Of a stretch of DNA of 64,000 nucleotides, positions 18,465 through 29,569 are shown in pieces. The stretch is from Alphaproteobacteria bacterium (GTDB lineage: Bacteria > Pseudomonadota > Alphaproteobacteria > CALKHQ01). A program made the position numbers and the translations under genes. The stretch lies in the NCBI GenBank assembly GCA_965227515.1, contig CBDDFZ010000002.1:1088001-1152000 (forward strand). The letters are read 5' to 3'. The notes beneath the pieces are model-generated. The model did no database searches and was not told the origin of the DNA. It worked only from the letters and a program-made list of their open reading frames with translations. Each line of letters begins with the position of its first letter. Positions within the stretch are counted from its first letter, which is position 1.

Positions 18465-20337
18465 ACGCCTTCGCCCGCCTGACCGCCAACCCGATGACCG
18501 TGTTCGGCATGGTCATCCTGGGCTTCATCCTTATCGTCACCGTGCTGGCGCCGGTGCTGCCGCTGGCCGACCCGGACCTGCAGCGCAATGTCAGCCAGCC
18601 GATCCCGCCGTTCTCGGAGGGCGCGTTTCTGGGCACCGACCGCTATGGCCGCGACCTGCTGTCCCGGCTGATCTGGGGCACCGGGCTCAGCCTGCTGGTC
18701 GGGCTGGCGGCGACCCTGATCGCCGGCATCATCGGCTCGGCCATCGGCCTCCTCGCCGCGTATTACGGGCGGCTGACCGACACCATCCTGATGCGCAGCA
18801 TCGACACGCTGATGGCGTTCCCCTACCTGCTGCTGGCGCTCGCCATCGTCGCCGCGTTCGGCTCCGGGCTGATGAACGCGCTGCTGGCCATCGCGGTGGT
18901 CAACATCCCGTTCTTCGCCCGCGCGGTCCGGGGACAGGCGCTGTCCATCGTCCACCAGGACTACGTCTCCGCCGCACGGCTCAGCGGGTTCTCCGACGCG
19001 CGCATCATCCTGGGCGAGATCCTGCCAAACGTGTTCCCGGTCGTCGTCGTCACCATGTCGACCACGCTGTCGTGGATGATCCTGGAGACGGCGGGCCTGA
19101 GCTTCCTCGGCCTTGGCGCCCAGCCGCCGACGGCCGACCTTGGCTCGATGCTCGCCGGCGGCCGCGAGCTGATCCACAACGCGCCCTTCGTCGCCCTGTT
19201 GCCGGGGCTGGTGATCTTCCTGCTGGCCATCGGTCTCAATCTGGTCGGCGACGGGGTGCGAGACATGCTGGACCCCAGGCTGACGTCCGGCGCGCTGACC
19301 CGCCCCGCCGCCGTCACAGCCCGCGCCGCCAGGCCTGCCGCACTGCCGGACGCGACGCCGCTGCTCGACGTGCGCAACCTCGACGTTTCGTTCCAGATGG
19401 GCGCGCGGCGGCTGGATGTGGCGCGCGACGTCAGCTTTCAGATCGCGCGGGGCGAACGGTTGGGCGTGGTCGGCGAGAGCGGGTCCGGCAAGTCGGTGAC
19501 TGCGCTCGCGCTGTTGGGGCTGGTGCCGTCGCCGCCGGGCATCGTGCGCGGCGGGCAGGCCTGGTTCCGGCCCGATCCGGACGAGCCGCCGGTGGACCTG
19601 ATCCAGGCCCCGCTGCGCCGGCTGCAGGACATTCGCGGTCGTCAGATCGCCTGCATTTTCCAGGACCCGCTGACCGCGCTGAACCCGGTGCGTCCGGTCG
19701 GCCGCCAGATCGCCGAGGCCATCGTGCGCCACCAGGGGCTGACGAGCAGCGCGGCACAGGCGGAGGCGGTGCGCCAGCTCGAACTGGTGCAGTTGCCGCA
19801 GGCCAAGACCAAGGCGCTCTCGTACCCGCACGAGCTGTCCGGCGGCCAGCAGCAGCGGGTGATGATCGCGATGGCGCTGGCCAATCGGCCGCAGCTGCTG
19901 ATCGCCGACGAGCCGACCACGGCGCTGGACGTCACCACCCAGAAGCGGGTGCTGGAGTTGCTGGAGGAACTGCGCCAGGAAGTCGGCGCCGCCTTGCTGT
20001 TCATCAGCCACGACTTCGGCGTTGTCGCCGACCTCTGCGACCGGGTGCAGGTGATGTACGGCGGCCAGATCGTCGAGAGTGGTAATGCCGCCGCCGTACT
20101 GTCGGCACCCAGTCATCCCTACACCCGCGCGCTGTTGGACTGCGTGCCGGAGATCGGGGTCGACAAGTCGATCCGCGCCATTCCCGGCCTGCCGCCGGCC
20201 GCCGATGCGCTGCCGCCGGGCTGCGCGTTCGCGCCGCGCTGCGCAAATGCGGTCGACGCTTGCGGGGCAGGGGTGCCCGATCTGCGTGGTCTCGACGGTC
20301 GTCAGGTGCGCTGCATCCGCGCCGAGGAGTTGGCGGG

Positions 20338-20341
<4 letters not shown>
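18461..20341 (+). CDS. Fused peptide ABC permease + ATPase (DppC-DppD)
   Basis: N-half LGTDRYGRD and LSFLGLG; C-half GESGSGKS, LSGGQQQR, ADEPT and Cys-rich oligopeptide tail, in one reading frame. Confidence 0.9.
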
Positions 20342-21144
<803 letters not shown>

Positions 21145-21165
21145 GTCTGCTATGCTGCGTGCGGC

Positions 21166-21798
21166 ATGACGTTCACCATCCTGGCACGAGACCCGCAGAC
21201 CAGCGACATGGGCGCGGCAGTGGCCAGCCGCTGGCCGGGCGTCGGCGGCGTGGTGCCGTACCATCGCGCCGGGGTCGGCATCGCTGCCTCGCAGTCGGTG
21301 GCGAACGCGGCCATCGGGGCTGCGATCCTCGACCGGATGGCGGCGGGCGACGCGCCGGCACAGGCTCTCAATGCAGCGGTCGCCGGCGGCATCACGCCCG
21401 AGCGGCGTCAGGTGCTGGCCCTGAGCGCGGACGGCGAGACCGCGCTGTGGTCCGGCGGCGAATGCGTGCCGAACGTTGCCGAGGCCCGGGGCGACAACTG
21501 CGTCGCCGCCGGCAACATGCTGGCCGATCCGGGCGTGGCCGACGCGATGATCGCCGCCTTTGCCGGGGCAGGCGCCCTGCCATTCTCGGAACGCCTCCTC
21601 GCCGCCCTGATGGCGGGGGAGGCGGCCGGCGGCGACCGGCGTGGGCGGGAAGCGGCAGGTCTGATGGTATGGCCGGCGGACCATCCGTCGCCGAACCGGC
21701 TGCCGCTCGACCTGCGCGCCGACCACCACGATGACCCGATTGCCATGCTGGCAACGCTGCTCGCCCGCCGCCGCGAGGTCGATCCGGGCACGTATTGA
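21166..21798 (+). CDS. DUF1028 family (Ntn-hydrolase-like) protein
   Basis: MTFTILARD N-terminus (Thr2), GAAVAS, AGNML, AGGDRRG, LDLRADHH. Confidence 0.85.
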   Translation: MTFTILARDPQTSDMGAAVASRWPGVGGVVPYHRAGVGIAASQSVANAAIGAAILDRMAAGDAPAQALNAAVAGGITPERRQVLALSADGETALWSGGECVPNVAEARGDNCVAAGNMLADPGVADAMIAAFAGAGALPFSERLLAALMAGEAAGGDRRGREAAGLMVWPADHPSPNRLPLDLRADHHDDPIAMLATLLARRREVDPGTY

Positions 21799-21808
21799 CT
21801 ACCCCTCC

Positions 21809-21918
21809 CGTCATTGCGAGGAGCGCCCGATGCGGCGCGACGCGGCAATCCAGAGCAACCTCACCGACGACACGGTAATCGCCTGGATCGCTTCGTCGCT
21901 TCACTCCTCGCGATGACG
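21809..21918. repeat. GTCATTGCGAG-type palindromic repeat (REP/RPE-like)
   Basis: CGTCATTGCGAGGAG...GCAATCCAG...CTGGATCGC...CTCCTCGCGATGACG; second copy at 27460..27589. Confidence 0.85.
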
Positions 21919-21957
21919 CAATGAATATTGGGTGAGTCGATCGCTATTCACGTCGAC

Positions 21958-22773
21958 CTACACGTCCACAACGCCGTCACCACGGCGCAGCATCGCGGCC
22001 ACTGCCAGCGCCAGTACGGTCGAGGCGATCAGCACCACTGTCACCAGCGCGTTGATCTCGGCGCTGAAGCCGGTGCGCATCATCGCCCACATCCGCGTCG
22101 GCAGCGTGTTGGTGTCGCCGACCAGGAACAGCGTGATCAGCGTCTCGTCGAAGCTGAGGGTGAAGGCGAGCAGGCCGGAGGCGATGGCGGCCGACTTGAT
22201 CTGCGGCGCCAGCACGTAGCGGAAGGTCTGCCAGCCGGTGGCGCCCAGGTCCATCGACGCCTCGACCTGGCTGCGGCTGAGCTGCTGCAGCCGGTTGAGG
22301 ATGGTGCGGTAGACGATGGCGAGCACGAACAGGGTGTGGCCCGCCGTCACTGCGATCAACCCTCGCGGGATGTCGAACTCGCGGGTGAAGATCAACAGCG
22401 CCAGCCCGGTGATAATCGGCGGCAGCAGGAACGGCAGGAAGACCACGAACTGCAGCGGCCATCGCCAGCGGCTGTTGGAGCTGTTGACGTAGAACGCAAT
22501 CGCCGACGCCAGGATCAGCGCGAAGAAGACGGCGAAGAAGCCGACCACCAGGGTGTTGAGAAGGGAATTGACGACGGTCTCGTTGTCGAACAGCCCGCCG
22601 TACCATTCCAGGGTGAAGCTGTCCCACTGCACCCGGCCGCGCCGCACGTTGAACAGGCTGGAGACCGCGACCACGAACACCGGGGCATAAAGCGCCACGA
22701 ACACGGCCGCCACCAGCAGGCCGAGCAGGATGCGCGCGGCCTTCTGGCCGGATGTCGTTCCCGTAGCAGTCAT
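21958..22773 (-). CDS. ABC permease (PotC-like)
   Basis: EASMDLGA loop, FTLSFDE, TLP motif; ATG 22773 overlaps the upstream stop. Confidence 0.9.
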   Translation of the reverse strand: MTATGTTSGQKAARILLGLLVAAVFVALYAPVFVVAVSSLFNVRRGRVQWDSFTLEWYGGLFDNETVVNSLLNTLVVGFFAVFFALILASAIAFYVNSSNSRWRWPLQFVVFLPFLLPPIITGLALLIFTREFDIPRGLIAVTAGHTLFVLAIVYRTILNRLQQLSRSQVEASMDLGATGWQTFRYVLAPQIKSAAIASGLLAFTLSFDETLITLFLVGDTNTLPTRMWAMMRTGFSAEINALVTVVLIASTVLALAVAAMLRRGDGVVDV

Positions 22774-23645
22774 TGCACCCGCACCAGCCGGGCCAGTGCC
22801 GCGCTCAGCGCGATCACTGCCAGCGAGACCATCAGCAGGATCGCGCCCATGGCCGCCCCCATCGGCCAGTTGAACGCCATGCCGAACTGGGTCTCGACCA
22901 GCCGGCCATAGGTGAAGCCGCCGGTGCCGCCGACCATCTGCGGGGTCAGGAAGTCGCCCATGGCAAGCACGAACGAGAACAGGCCGCCGACCGCCGCCCC
23001 CGGCAGGCTGAGCGGCAGGGTGACGTGCACGAAGGTCTGCCACGGCCGCCCGCCCAGGTCCGCCGACGCATGGCTCAGGCTCTTGCCGATCTTCTCCAGC
23101 GACACATAGATCGGCACCACCACGAACGGCAGGTAGACCACCGTCATGGTGATCAGGATCGCCTCGCGGTTGTAGAGGAAGTCGCGCGACGGCTCGTCCA
23201 GGATGCCGATGCCGACCAGGATCTGGTTGAGGAAGCCGTGGTAGTCCAGGATCGTGCGCATGGCATAGAGCTTGATGATGTAGCTCATGAACAGCGGCAC
23301 GATGGTCAGCAGCAGCAACGCGTAGCGCAGGCGCGGCCGGAGCGAATGGATGAAGTAGGCGACCGCGTAGCCCAGCACCAGGTCGATCGCCATCACCTCC
23401 AGCGCCAGCAGCAGGGTGAAGCCGAACACCGCCATGTTCGGCGCGTCGGCGTCGAACCACGCGATGTAGTTGTGCAGCGACAGCGCGGGGATGATCTCGG
23501 TGTCGGTGCGCTGAAAGAAGCTGTAGGCGAGGAAGGAGACGATGGGCAGCAGCACGATGATGGCCGGCACGCCATAGACTGCGCCAACCCAAAACAGACG
23601 GCCGGGCCGCCAGCGCAAGGTTGGGCCTGCCTCGGTCGCGCTCAC
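22770..23645 (-). CDS. ABC permease (PotB-like)
   Basis: YLPF, ASADLGG, LPLSLPG, GDFLTPQMVGG, FNWPMGAA; GTG start overlaps the ATPase stop. Confidence 0.9.
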   Translation of the reverse strand: MSATEAGPTLRWRPGRLFWVGAVYGVPAIIVLLPIVSFLAYSFFQRTDTEIIPALSLHNYIAWFDADAPNMAVFGFTLLLALEVMAIDLVLGYAVAYFIHSLRPRLRYALLLLTIVPLFMSYIIKLYAMRTILDYHGFLNQILVGIGILDEPSRDFLYNREAILITMTVVYLPFVVVPIYVSLEKIGKSLSHASADLGGRPWQTFVHVTLPLSLPGAAVGGLFSFVLAMGDFLTPQMVGGTGGFTYGRLVETQFGMAFNWPMGAAMGAILLMVSLAVIALSAALARLVRVQ

Positions 23646-24735
23646 GAGGGACCCCGCGCCACCACCGCCATGTCGGCGGTATCCCAGCCGATGCGCACCG
23701 TTGCCCCGCCCTCCGGCGCGCGCGACTGCTTCTCGCTGGTCAGCATGACGCGGAGCGGCGGCGTGTCGCCATCGCCGGTGCGCAGCATCAGGTGCGAGGT
23801 CGGGCCGACGAAGACGACCTCGTCGACGGTGGCCTCGACGGTCACTTCGGCGCTCTCGTCGGCGGCCAGCGGGCGGATTGCTTCCGGCCGGATCGCGGCG
23901 TAGACCGCACCGCCGGGCGCGTCGGCTGGCGCCGGCAAGCGGCCGAGCGGGGTGTCGACCTGGCCACCGCTGCACGTTCCCGGGATCAGATTGTTCTCGC
24001 CGAAGAAGCCGGCCACGAACTCGGTGGTCGGCCGGTAGTAGACGTCGCGCGGGGTGCCGATTTGCTCGATCCGCCCGTCGTTCATCACCACCACCCGATC
24101 GGACATGGTGATCGCCTCCTCCTGATCGTGGGTGACGAACAGGAAGGTGGTGTCGATGCGCCGTTGCAGTCGCTTGAGGAAGAGCTGCATCTGCCGCCTG
24201 AGCTCGGCGTCCAGCGCGGCCAGCGGCTCGTCGAGCAGGATCAGCCGCGGCTCGCAGACGATGGCGCGGGCCAATGCGACGCGCTGCTTCTGGCCGCCGG
24301 AGAGCTGGCCCGGATAGCGGCCGGCCAGCGCATCCAGCCCCACGGTCTCCAGCACCTCGGCGACCTTGCGGGAAATCTCCGACTTCGGCGCGTGGCGCAC
24401 CATCAGCCCGTAGCCGACGTTCTTCGCCACTGTCATGTGCGGGAACAACGCGTAGTCCTGGAACACGGTGTTGAACGGCCGCTTGAAGATCGGCACCTGG
24501 GCGATATCGCGCCCTTCGAACAGGATCGACCCCTGGGTCGGGGCCAGCAGGCCGCAATCAGGCGCAGGATCGTGGTCTTGCCCGAGCCGCTGGGGCCGAG
24601 CAGGGTGACGAACTCGCCGTCGAGAATTTCGAGGTCGACGCCATGCAGCACCTGGGTGTCGCCAAAGCGCATGACGACATCGCGCAACTCCAGGGCCACT
24701 GGCCCGCCGGCTCCATTCGCCGTCGTCTCAGGCAA
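23642..24735 (-). pseudogene. PotA-like ABC ATPase with a 1-nt frameshift near 24551-24555 (real lesion or sequencing error)
   Basis: Walker [10 protein letters not shown] lies in one frame; [17 protein letters not shown] and LLDEP lie in another; inserting one G (GCGGC to GCGGGC) restores [19 protein letters not shown]. Confidence 0.85.
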
Positions 24736-25897
24736 CGGTGTAGCGCTCCAGAGCCTCCCGGTTGAGCTCGATGCCCAGGCCCGGCCGGGTCGGCAGCGGG
24801 ATCACGCCGTCGACCAGGTCCAGTTCCTCGGCCACCAGTTCCTTGCGCAGTGTCTCGACGCAGAGCTGCGGCGGCAGGTACTCGATGAACGTGCAGTGCG
24901 GCGTGTTGAACGCCAGGTGCGCGGTGGCGGAGATCGAGATGCCGGTCTTCCAGCAGTGGGGCACGATGATGCGGTCGCGTTCCGCGGCCATGTCGCAGAC
25001 GATCTTGGCCTCGCCCAGCCCGCCGACCCGGCCCACATCGGGCTGCGCCACGTCCACCATGCCGCGGTCCATCAGGTCCTCGAACTCATAGCGGGTGGCC
25101 AGCCACTCGCCGGCCGCGATCGGCATCGGTGCCGCCTCGTGCAGCTTGCGGTACTCGTCCAGGCTGTCGGACCAGATCGGCGTTTCCAGGAAATAGACGT
25201 CATAGTCCGCCCAGTCCTTCACTGTTTCCAGGCAGGTGGCGGCATCTTCCCACAAATACTGGACGTCGACCATCAGGGTGATATCGGGGCCTATGGCCTC
25301 GCGCACCGCTTCCACCACCTTCGTGTGCAGGTGGAACGGCTCGCGCATGCCGCTGTGGGCATAGGGGCCGTTCATGGTGACTTCGCTCTTCATGGCGCGG
25401 AAGCCCAAGTCCTTCGCTTTCTTCGCTGATTCCACCAGCGCGTCGCGATAGGCGGCGAAGTCGTGGCCCGCCGGCTGCAGCGAGGCGTAGGGCACCACAT
25501 GGTCCTTCACAGCACCACCCAGCAGTTCGTGCACCGGCTTGCCCTCGACCTTGCCCTTCAGGTCCCACAGCGCCATGTCGACCGCGCTCATCGCGTGCAC
25601 CACCACGCCGCGGCGCCCGTTCATGGCGGTGCCCAGGTACATGCGCCGCCAGATGCCCTCGATATCCGCCGGGTCGGTGCCGATCAGCATGTCGCGCACG
25701 CACAGCCCCATGGTGTGGGTGCCCGGCGCTTCGATGCAGGCCTTGGCCATCCACGGGTTCACGTCGGACTCGCCGATGCCGGTGTGGCCGCTGTCGGTCG
25801 TGATGATGACGACGAAGCTGTCCTGCGCCGACGACGTGAACGTGGGGTCGTAATTAGGCGCCAGCAGCACGTGGCAAGTGATATCGGTGATCTTCAT
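24728..25897 (-). CDS. Mandelate racemase/muconate lactonizing enzyme family (enolase superfamily), copy 1
   Basis: [37 protein letters not shown]. Confidence 0.92.
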   Translation of the reverse strand: MKITDITCHVLLAPNYDPTFTSSAQDSFVVIITTDSGHTGIGESDVNPWMAKACIEAPGTHTMGLCVRDMLIGTDPADIEGIWRRMYLGTAMNGRRGVVVHAMSAVDMALWDLKGKVEGKPVHELLGGAVKDHVVPYASLQPAGHDFAAYRDALVESAKKAKDLGFRAMKSEVTMNGPYAHSGMREPFHLHTKVVEAVREAIGPDITLMVDVQYLWEDAATCLETVKDWADYDVYFLETPIWSDSLDEYRKLHEAAPMPIAAGEWLATRYEFEDLMDRGMVDVAQPDVGRVGGLGEAKIVCDMAAERDRIIVPHCWKTGISISATAHLAFNTPHCTFIEYLPPQLCVETLRKELVAEELDLVDGVIPLPTRPGLGIELNREALERYTVA

Positions 25898-25965
25898 CGT
25901 CGGCAGTGCTTTCTCATTCTTCCGGTGTCATGCGCGGAGCTTGACGCAGCTGTCACCATCAAGTT

Positions 25966-26142
25966 GTCATCCTCGGGCTTGTCCCGAGGATCCATTTTTG
26001 TCCAACACACCAACGGGTTACTCGCTTTTCCGCGGACTGTGTGGCAATCGCTTCGCAAGCATCACCGCCTCGGCAACGCGCGTATATCGGACTCATTGAG
26101 CCCCGCATCGCGATGGGCCCTCGCAACAAGTACGAGGGCGAC
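25966..26142. repeat. GTCATCCTCGGG-type palindromic repeat (degenerate right arm)
   Basis: GTCATCCTCGGGCTTGTCCCGAGGATCCAT ... ATGGGCCCTCGCAACAAGTACGAGGGCGAC. Confidence 0.75.
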
Positions 26143-26231
26143 GAATGGCTCTTGGTGAGGTTCGATTTGAGGTGGAGGCATCTCTCGATCGTTCAGTGGC
26201 TAGGAAGGGCCTGCAATTGCGATTGGCTGCT

Positions 26232-27401
26232 CTAGGCGACGGTGTAGCGGTCGAGCACGTCGCGGTTGAGCTCGATGCCGAGCCCGGGCCCGGTGGGCAG
26301 CGGTATTGTGCCGTCGACAAGGTCCAGTTTCTCGGCGACCAGTTCCTTGCGCAGGGTCTCGACGCAGAGTTGCGACGGCAGGTATTCGATGAACGCGCAG
26401 TGCGGGGTGGCAAACGCCAGGTGCGCGGTGGCGGAAATCGAGATGCCGGTCTTCCAGCAATGCGGCACCACGATGCGACGTCGCTCCGCGGCCATGTCGC
26501 AGACGATCTTGGCCTCGCTGATGCCGCCCACCCGCCCGACGTCGGGCTGCACCACGTCGGCACGGCCCCGGTCCATCAGTTCCTCGAACTCGTAGCGGGT
26601 GGCGAGCCACTCGCCGGCGGCGACCTTCATTGGTGCAGCGTCATGGACGCGCCCGAAGCCGTCGACATCGTCGGACCAGACCGGGGTCTCCAGGAAGAAC
26701 AGGTCGAATTCGGCCCACTCGGTCACCGTGCTGAGCGCGGTCTCGGCATCCGGCCACAGATAGCCGACGTCGACCATCATAGTGATGTCGGGGCCTATTT
26801 CGGCCCGCACCGCGGCCACCACCTCGGTGTGGGCGTCGTAGGAGGCCTCCAGCCCGGCGTGGGCGTAGGGGCCGTTCATGATCACCTCGGCTTTCACCGC
26901 CTTGAAGCCGAGCGCCACCGCATCGGACGCGGCCTTGACCAGGGCGTCGCGGTACTCCGGCACCGTGTGGCCGGTGGGCAGCAGCGAGGCATAGGGGATG
27001 ACGTGGTCCTTCACCGCGCCGCCGATCAGCGCGTGGACCGGCTTTCCCTCCGCCTTGCCCTTCAGGTCCCACAGCGCCATGTCGATGGCGCTCATGGCGT
27101 GGATCACCACGCCGCGCCGGCCGTTCATGGCGGTGCCGAGATAGATGCGGCGCCAGATACCGGCGATGTCGTCCGGGTCGGCGCCGACCAGTATGTCCTT
27201 GATGCACAGGCCCATGGTGTGGGTGCCCGGCGCCTCGACGCAGGCCTTGGCCATCCACGGGTTGACGTCGGCCTCGCCGATGCCGGTCAGGCCTTCGTCG
27301 GTGTGGATCAGGACCACGAACGAGTCCTGCGCCGACGAGGTCAGCGACGGGTCGTAGTTCGGCGCCAGCAGCACGCGGCATTCGATGTCGGTGATACGCA
27401 T
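26232..27401 (-). CDS. Mandelate racemase/muconate lactonizing enzyme family, copy 2 (tandem paralogue)
   Basis: Same length (1170 bp) as and collinear with copy 1; start MRITDIECRV. Confidence 0.92.
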   Translation of the reverse strand: MRITDIECRVLLAPNYDPSLTSSAQDSFVVLIHTDEGLTGIGEADVNPWMAKACVEAPGTHTMGLCIKDILVGADPDDIAGIWRRIYLGTAMNGRRGVVIHAMSAIDMALWDLKGKAEGKPVHALIGGAVKDHVIPYASLLPTGHTVPEYRDALVKAASDAVALGFKAVKAEVIMNGPYAHAGLEASYDAHTEVVAAVRAEIGPDITMMVDVGYLWPDAETALSTVTEWAEFDLFFLETPVWSDDVDGFGRVHDAAPMKVAAGEWLATRYEFEELMDRGRADVVQPDVGRVGGISEAKIVCDMAAERRRIVVPHCWKTGISISATAHLAFATPHCAFIEYLPSQLCVETLRKELVAEKLDLVDGTIPLPTGPGLGIELNRDVLDRYTVA

Positions 27402-27459
27402 GTTCTTTTTGGGTGTCGTCGGCAAGCGCCCGCCGTTGCGGGACGCGCAAATCATGCTG

Positions 27460-27589
27460 CCGTCATTGCGAGCCCGCGTCCGCGGGCGCGGCAATCCAGG
27501 CGTCAGCTCAAGCCTTGCAGGAAAACCCCTGGATTGCCGCGTCGCGCCGCCCCATTCCAAGTGATGGGCGGCGCTCCTCGCAATGACGG
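27460..27589. repeat. GTCATTGCGAG-type palindromic repeat, copy 2
   Basis: CCGTCATTGCGAG...GCGGCAATCCAGG...CCTGGATTGCCGC...CTCGCAATGACGG. Confidence 0.85.
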
Positions 27590-27611
27590 TCGTTTGGTTG
27601 GCGCGCCCGCC

Positions 27612-28658
27612 CTACTGCACCGGCGCCGCCTTGATCTCGTTCCACAGCGACACGCGGCGCTCGAAGTCCTCCGGCGGCAGCAGCCAGTTCAGCCGGTCGG
27701 CATAGTCCAGGCCCTCGGACTCCGACGTGGTGTTGCCATAGCCATAGGTGGCCGACATCGCCTCGCCGATTTTCTTCTCAAGGAAGAAGTTGATCCACTG
27801 CAGGGCCAATTCCTCGTCGCCGACGCCGCGGCTCATCACCCAGCAGTCGAGCCAGCCGATGCCGCCTTCCTCGGGGATGATGTACTGCACGTTCAGCCCA
27901 CGGTCGGCCATGCCGACCTTCTGGAACTCGCCCATGGCGAACATCGCCACCACGTCGGACTGCTCCCAGATATCCATGCCTTCCTCGAAGCCGGCGTAAT
28001 AGGTCTGCAACAGCGCCTTCTGCGCCAGCAGCGCCTCCTTCACCGCCTCGAACTCCTCGTCGGAGAGGTCGTAGGGGTTCTCGAAGCCGAGATAGATCGC
28101 GGTGTTGACGATGTTGTTGTTGGCGTCGTCCAGCGCGATCATGCGGCCGCGGTACTGCTCGTCCCACAGCACCTCCCACGAGGTCGGCGGGGTGTCGCCG
28201 AACTCGTCGACGTCGTAGATCAGGCCAAGCGAGCCCCAGGCCATCGGCACGCCATAGACGCCGCCGTCGATCTGCACTTCGGCCACATCCTGGAACGCCG
28301 GCAGCAGGTTCGCTGTATTGGCGATCTGGCTGACGTCGATCGCCTTCAGCAGGCCCTGCTCGTAGTAGCGCGGGATGCCGCTGGTATCGAGCGAGATCAG
28401 GTCGTAGTCGTCGCCGTTGGAGCCGGCCATCTTGGCGAACATCTCGTCCACGCTGCCGGTGTAGGTCACGTTGACCTCGGCGCCGGTCATCTCCTCGAAC
28501 TCGTCGACCCAGGCCTGGTCGGCATAGCCGTCGAAGATGAACAGGCGCAGCACGCCGTCCTCGGCCGACGCGGCTCCCGAAAACGCGATGCCGGCGCCTG
28601 CGCCGATCAGCGCGGCCACGGCGACCGACCGGGTGCGGTTGAACTGCCTATTGGTCAT
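27612..28658 (-). CDS. PotD/PotF-like ABC substrate-binding protein
   Basis: Signal peptide ending ASA-E; FEEMTG, YGVPMAWG, SWEVLWD, PEEGGIGWLD. Confidence 0.88.
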   Translation of the reverse strand: MTNRQFNRTRSVAVAALIGAGAGIAFSGAASAEDGVLRLFIFDGYADQAWVDEFEEMTGAEVNVTYTGSVDEMFAKMAGSNGDDYDLISLDTSGIPRYYEQGLLKAIDVSQIANTANLLPAFQDVAEVQIDGGVYGVPMAWGSLGLIYDVDEFGDTPPTSWEVLWDEQYRGRMIALDDANNNIVNTAIYLGFENPYDLSDEEFEAVKEALLAQKALLQTYYAGFEEGMDIWEQSDVVAMFAMGEFQKVGMADRGLNVQYIIPEEGGIGWLDCWVMSRGVGDEELALQWINFFLEKKIGEAMSATYGYGNTTSESEGLDYADRLNWLLPPEDFERRVSLWNEIKAAPVQ

Positions 28659-29434
28659 GCCTTGTCTCCCTCGGTTGAGTTGGTGGAATGACGGGTGGTG
28701 GTGCGGGCGGGCGGCAACGTCTCTGCGGTGCCCAGCGTGCGTGCGCCAGCGATGTGGCGCTCGACCTCGGCATCGAGGGCGTCGTCGTCGCCGGCCCTGA
28801 TGGCATTGCAGAGCTGGACGTGCTCCAGCGTGATCATCTCGGGGTCGGGCACGCGCGCGATCTCGCCGGCGAAGATGATCTCCACCTGGCGCGCGATGGT
28901 GCGCCACAGGGTGACCAGCGTGTCGCTGCCCGATGCGTGGTAGAGCGCATCGTGGAACGCGATGTCGGCCCGGTTCATCCCGGGCACGTCGCGCGCCTCC
29001 GCGCAGGTGCGCATGGTGGCGATGGCATCGGTCAGCGGGTCCAGCACGCCGGGGTCGTCGGCGACCTGACGGCTGACCAGGCGCGCGGCCAAGCGCTCCA
29101 GCGCCACCCGCGCCGATTTCACCTCATTGGTCTTTGCGGCGTCGAAGCGGACCACGCGCACGCCGCGATTGGGCTCGGCACGAACGATACCTTGGGTCAC
29201 CAGCGTGCGCAGCGCATCGCGCACCGGCGCGCGGCTGACCGCGAGTTCGTTGGCGAGGTCGGCCTCGATCAGCCGTTCGTCGGCCTTCAGGATGCCGCGC
29301 CCGATGGCGTGGACGATCCGGTCGGCCACCTGCTCGGGCAGCGTGCGTGGCATCAGCGGCGCCAGGCGCCGTCCTTCCCCGGTGTCCAACAGACCCGCAT
29401 CCGTAATGGACGCGCGGCGCAGCGTGTCGCTCAA
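28655..29434 (-). CDS. GntR family regulator (FCD domain)
   Basis: LIEADLANELAVSRAPVRDAL wHTH; DIAFH, EH motifs. Confidence 0.9.
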   Translation of the reverse strand: MSDTLRRASITDAGLLDTGEGRRLAPLMPRTLPEQVADRIVHAIGRGILKADERLIEADLANELAVSRAPVRDALRTLVTQGIVRAEPNRGVRVVRFDAAKTNEVKSARVALERLAARLVSRQVADDPGVLDPLTDAIATMRTCAEARDVPGMNRADIAFHDALYHASGSDTLVTLWRTIARQVEIIFAGEIARVPDPEMITLEHVQLCNAIRAGDDDALDAEVERHIAGARTLGTAETLPPARTTTRHSTNSTEGDKA

Positions 29435-29470
29435 CGTCGTTCCCCCGATCTGCTGCGCCCAGCGTATGCA

Positions 29471-29491
29471 GATTGTATATTTTATGCAATC
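29471..29491. promoter_or_regulatory. Imperfect palindrome GATTGTATA-TTT-TATGCAATC, probable GntR operator
   Basis: AT-rich inverted repeat about 37 bp upstream of the GntR start. Confidence 0.55.
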
Positions 29492-29569
29492 AGCGAATTC
29501 GCATGGAGATGCATGCGGACGGAGGCGCCGCCAGTCTCAGCGTGAGAGGGAAACGATCTAAGTGTTGTC

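Noticed and set aside
26145-28691. Very long plus-strand ORF (similar cases: 36143..38743, 33742..35784, 38442..40361, 23621..25429)
   Set aside because: Antisense shadows of well-supported genes, expected from high-GC codon bias; no recognisable motifs
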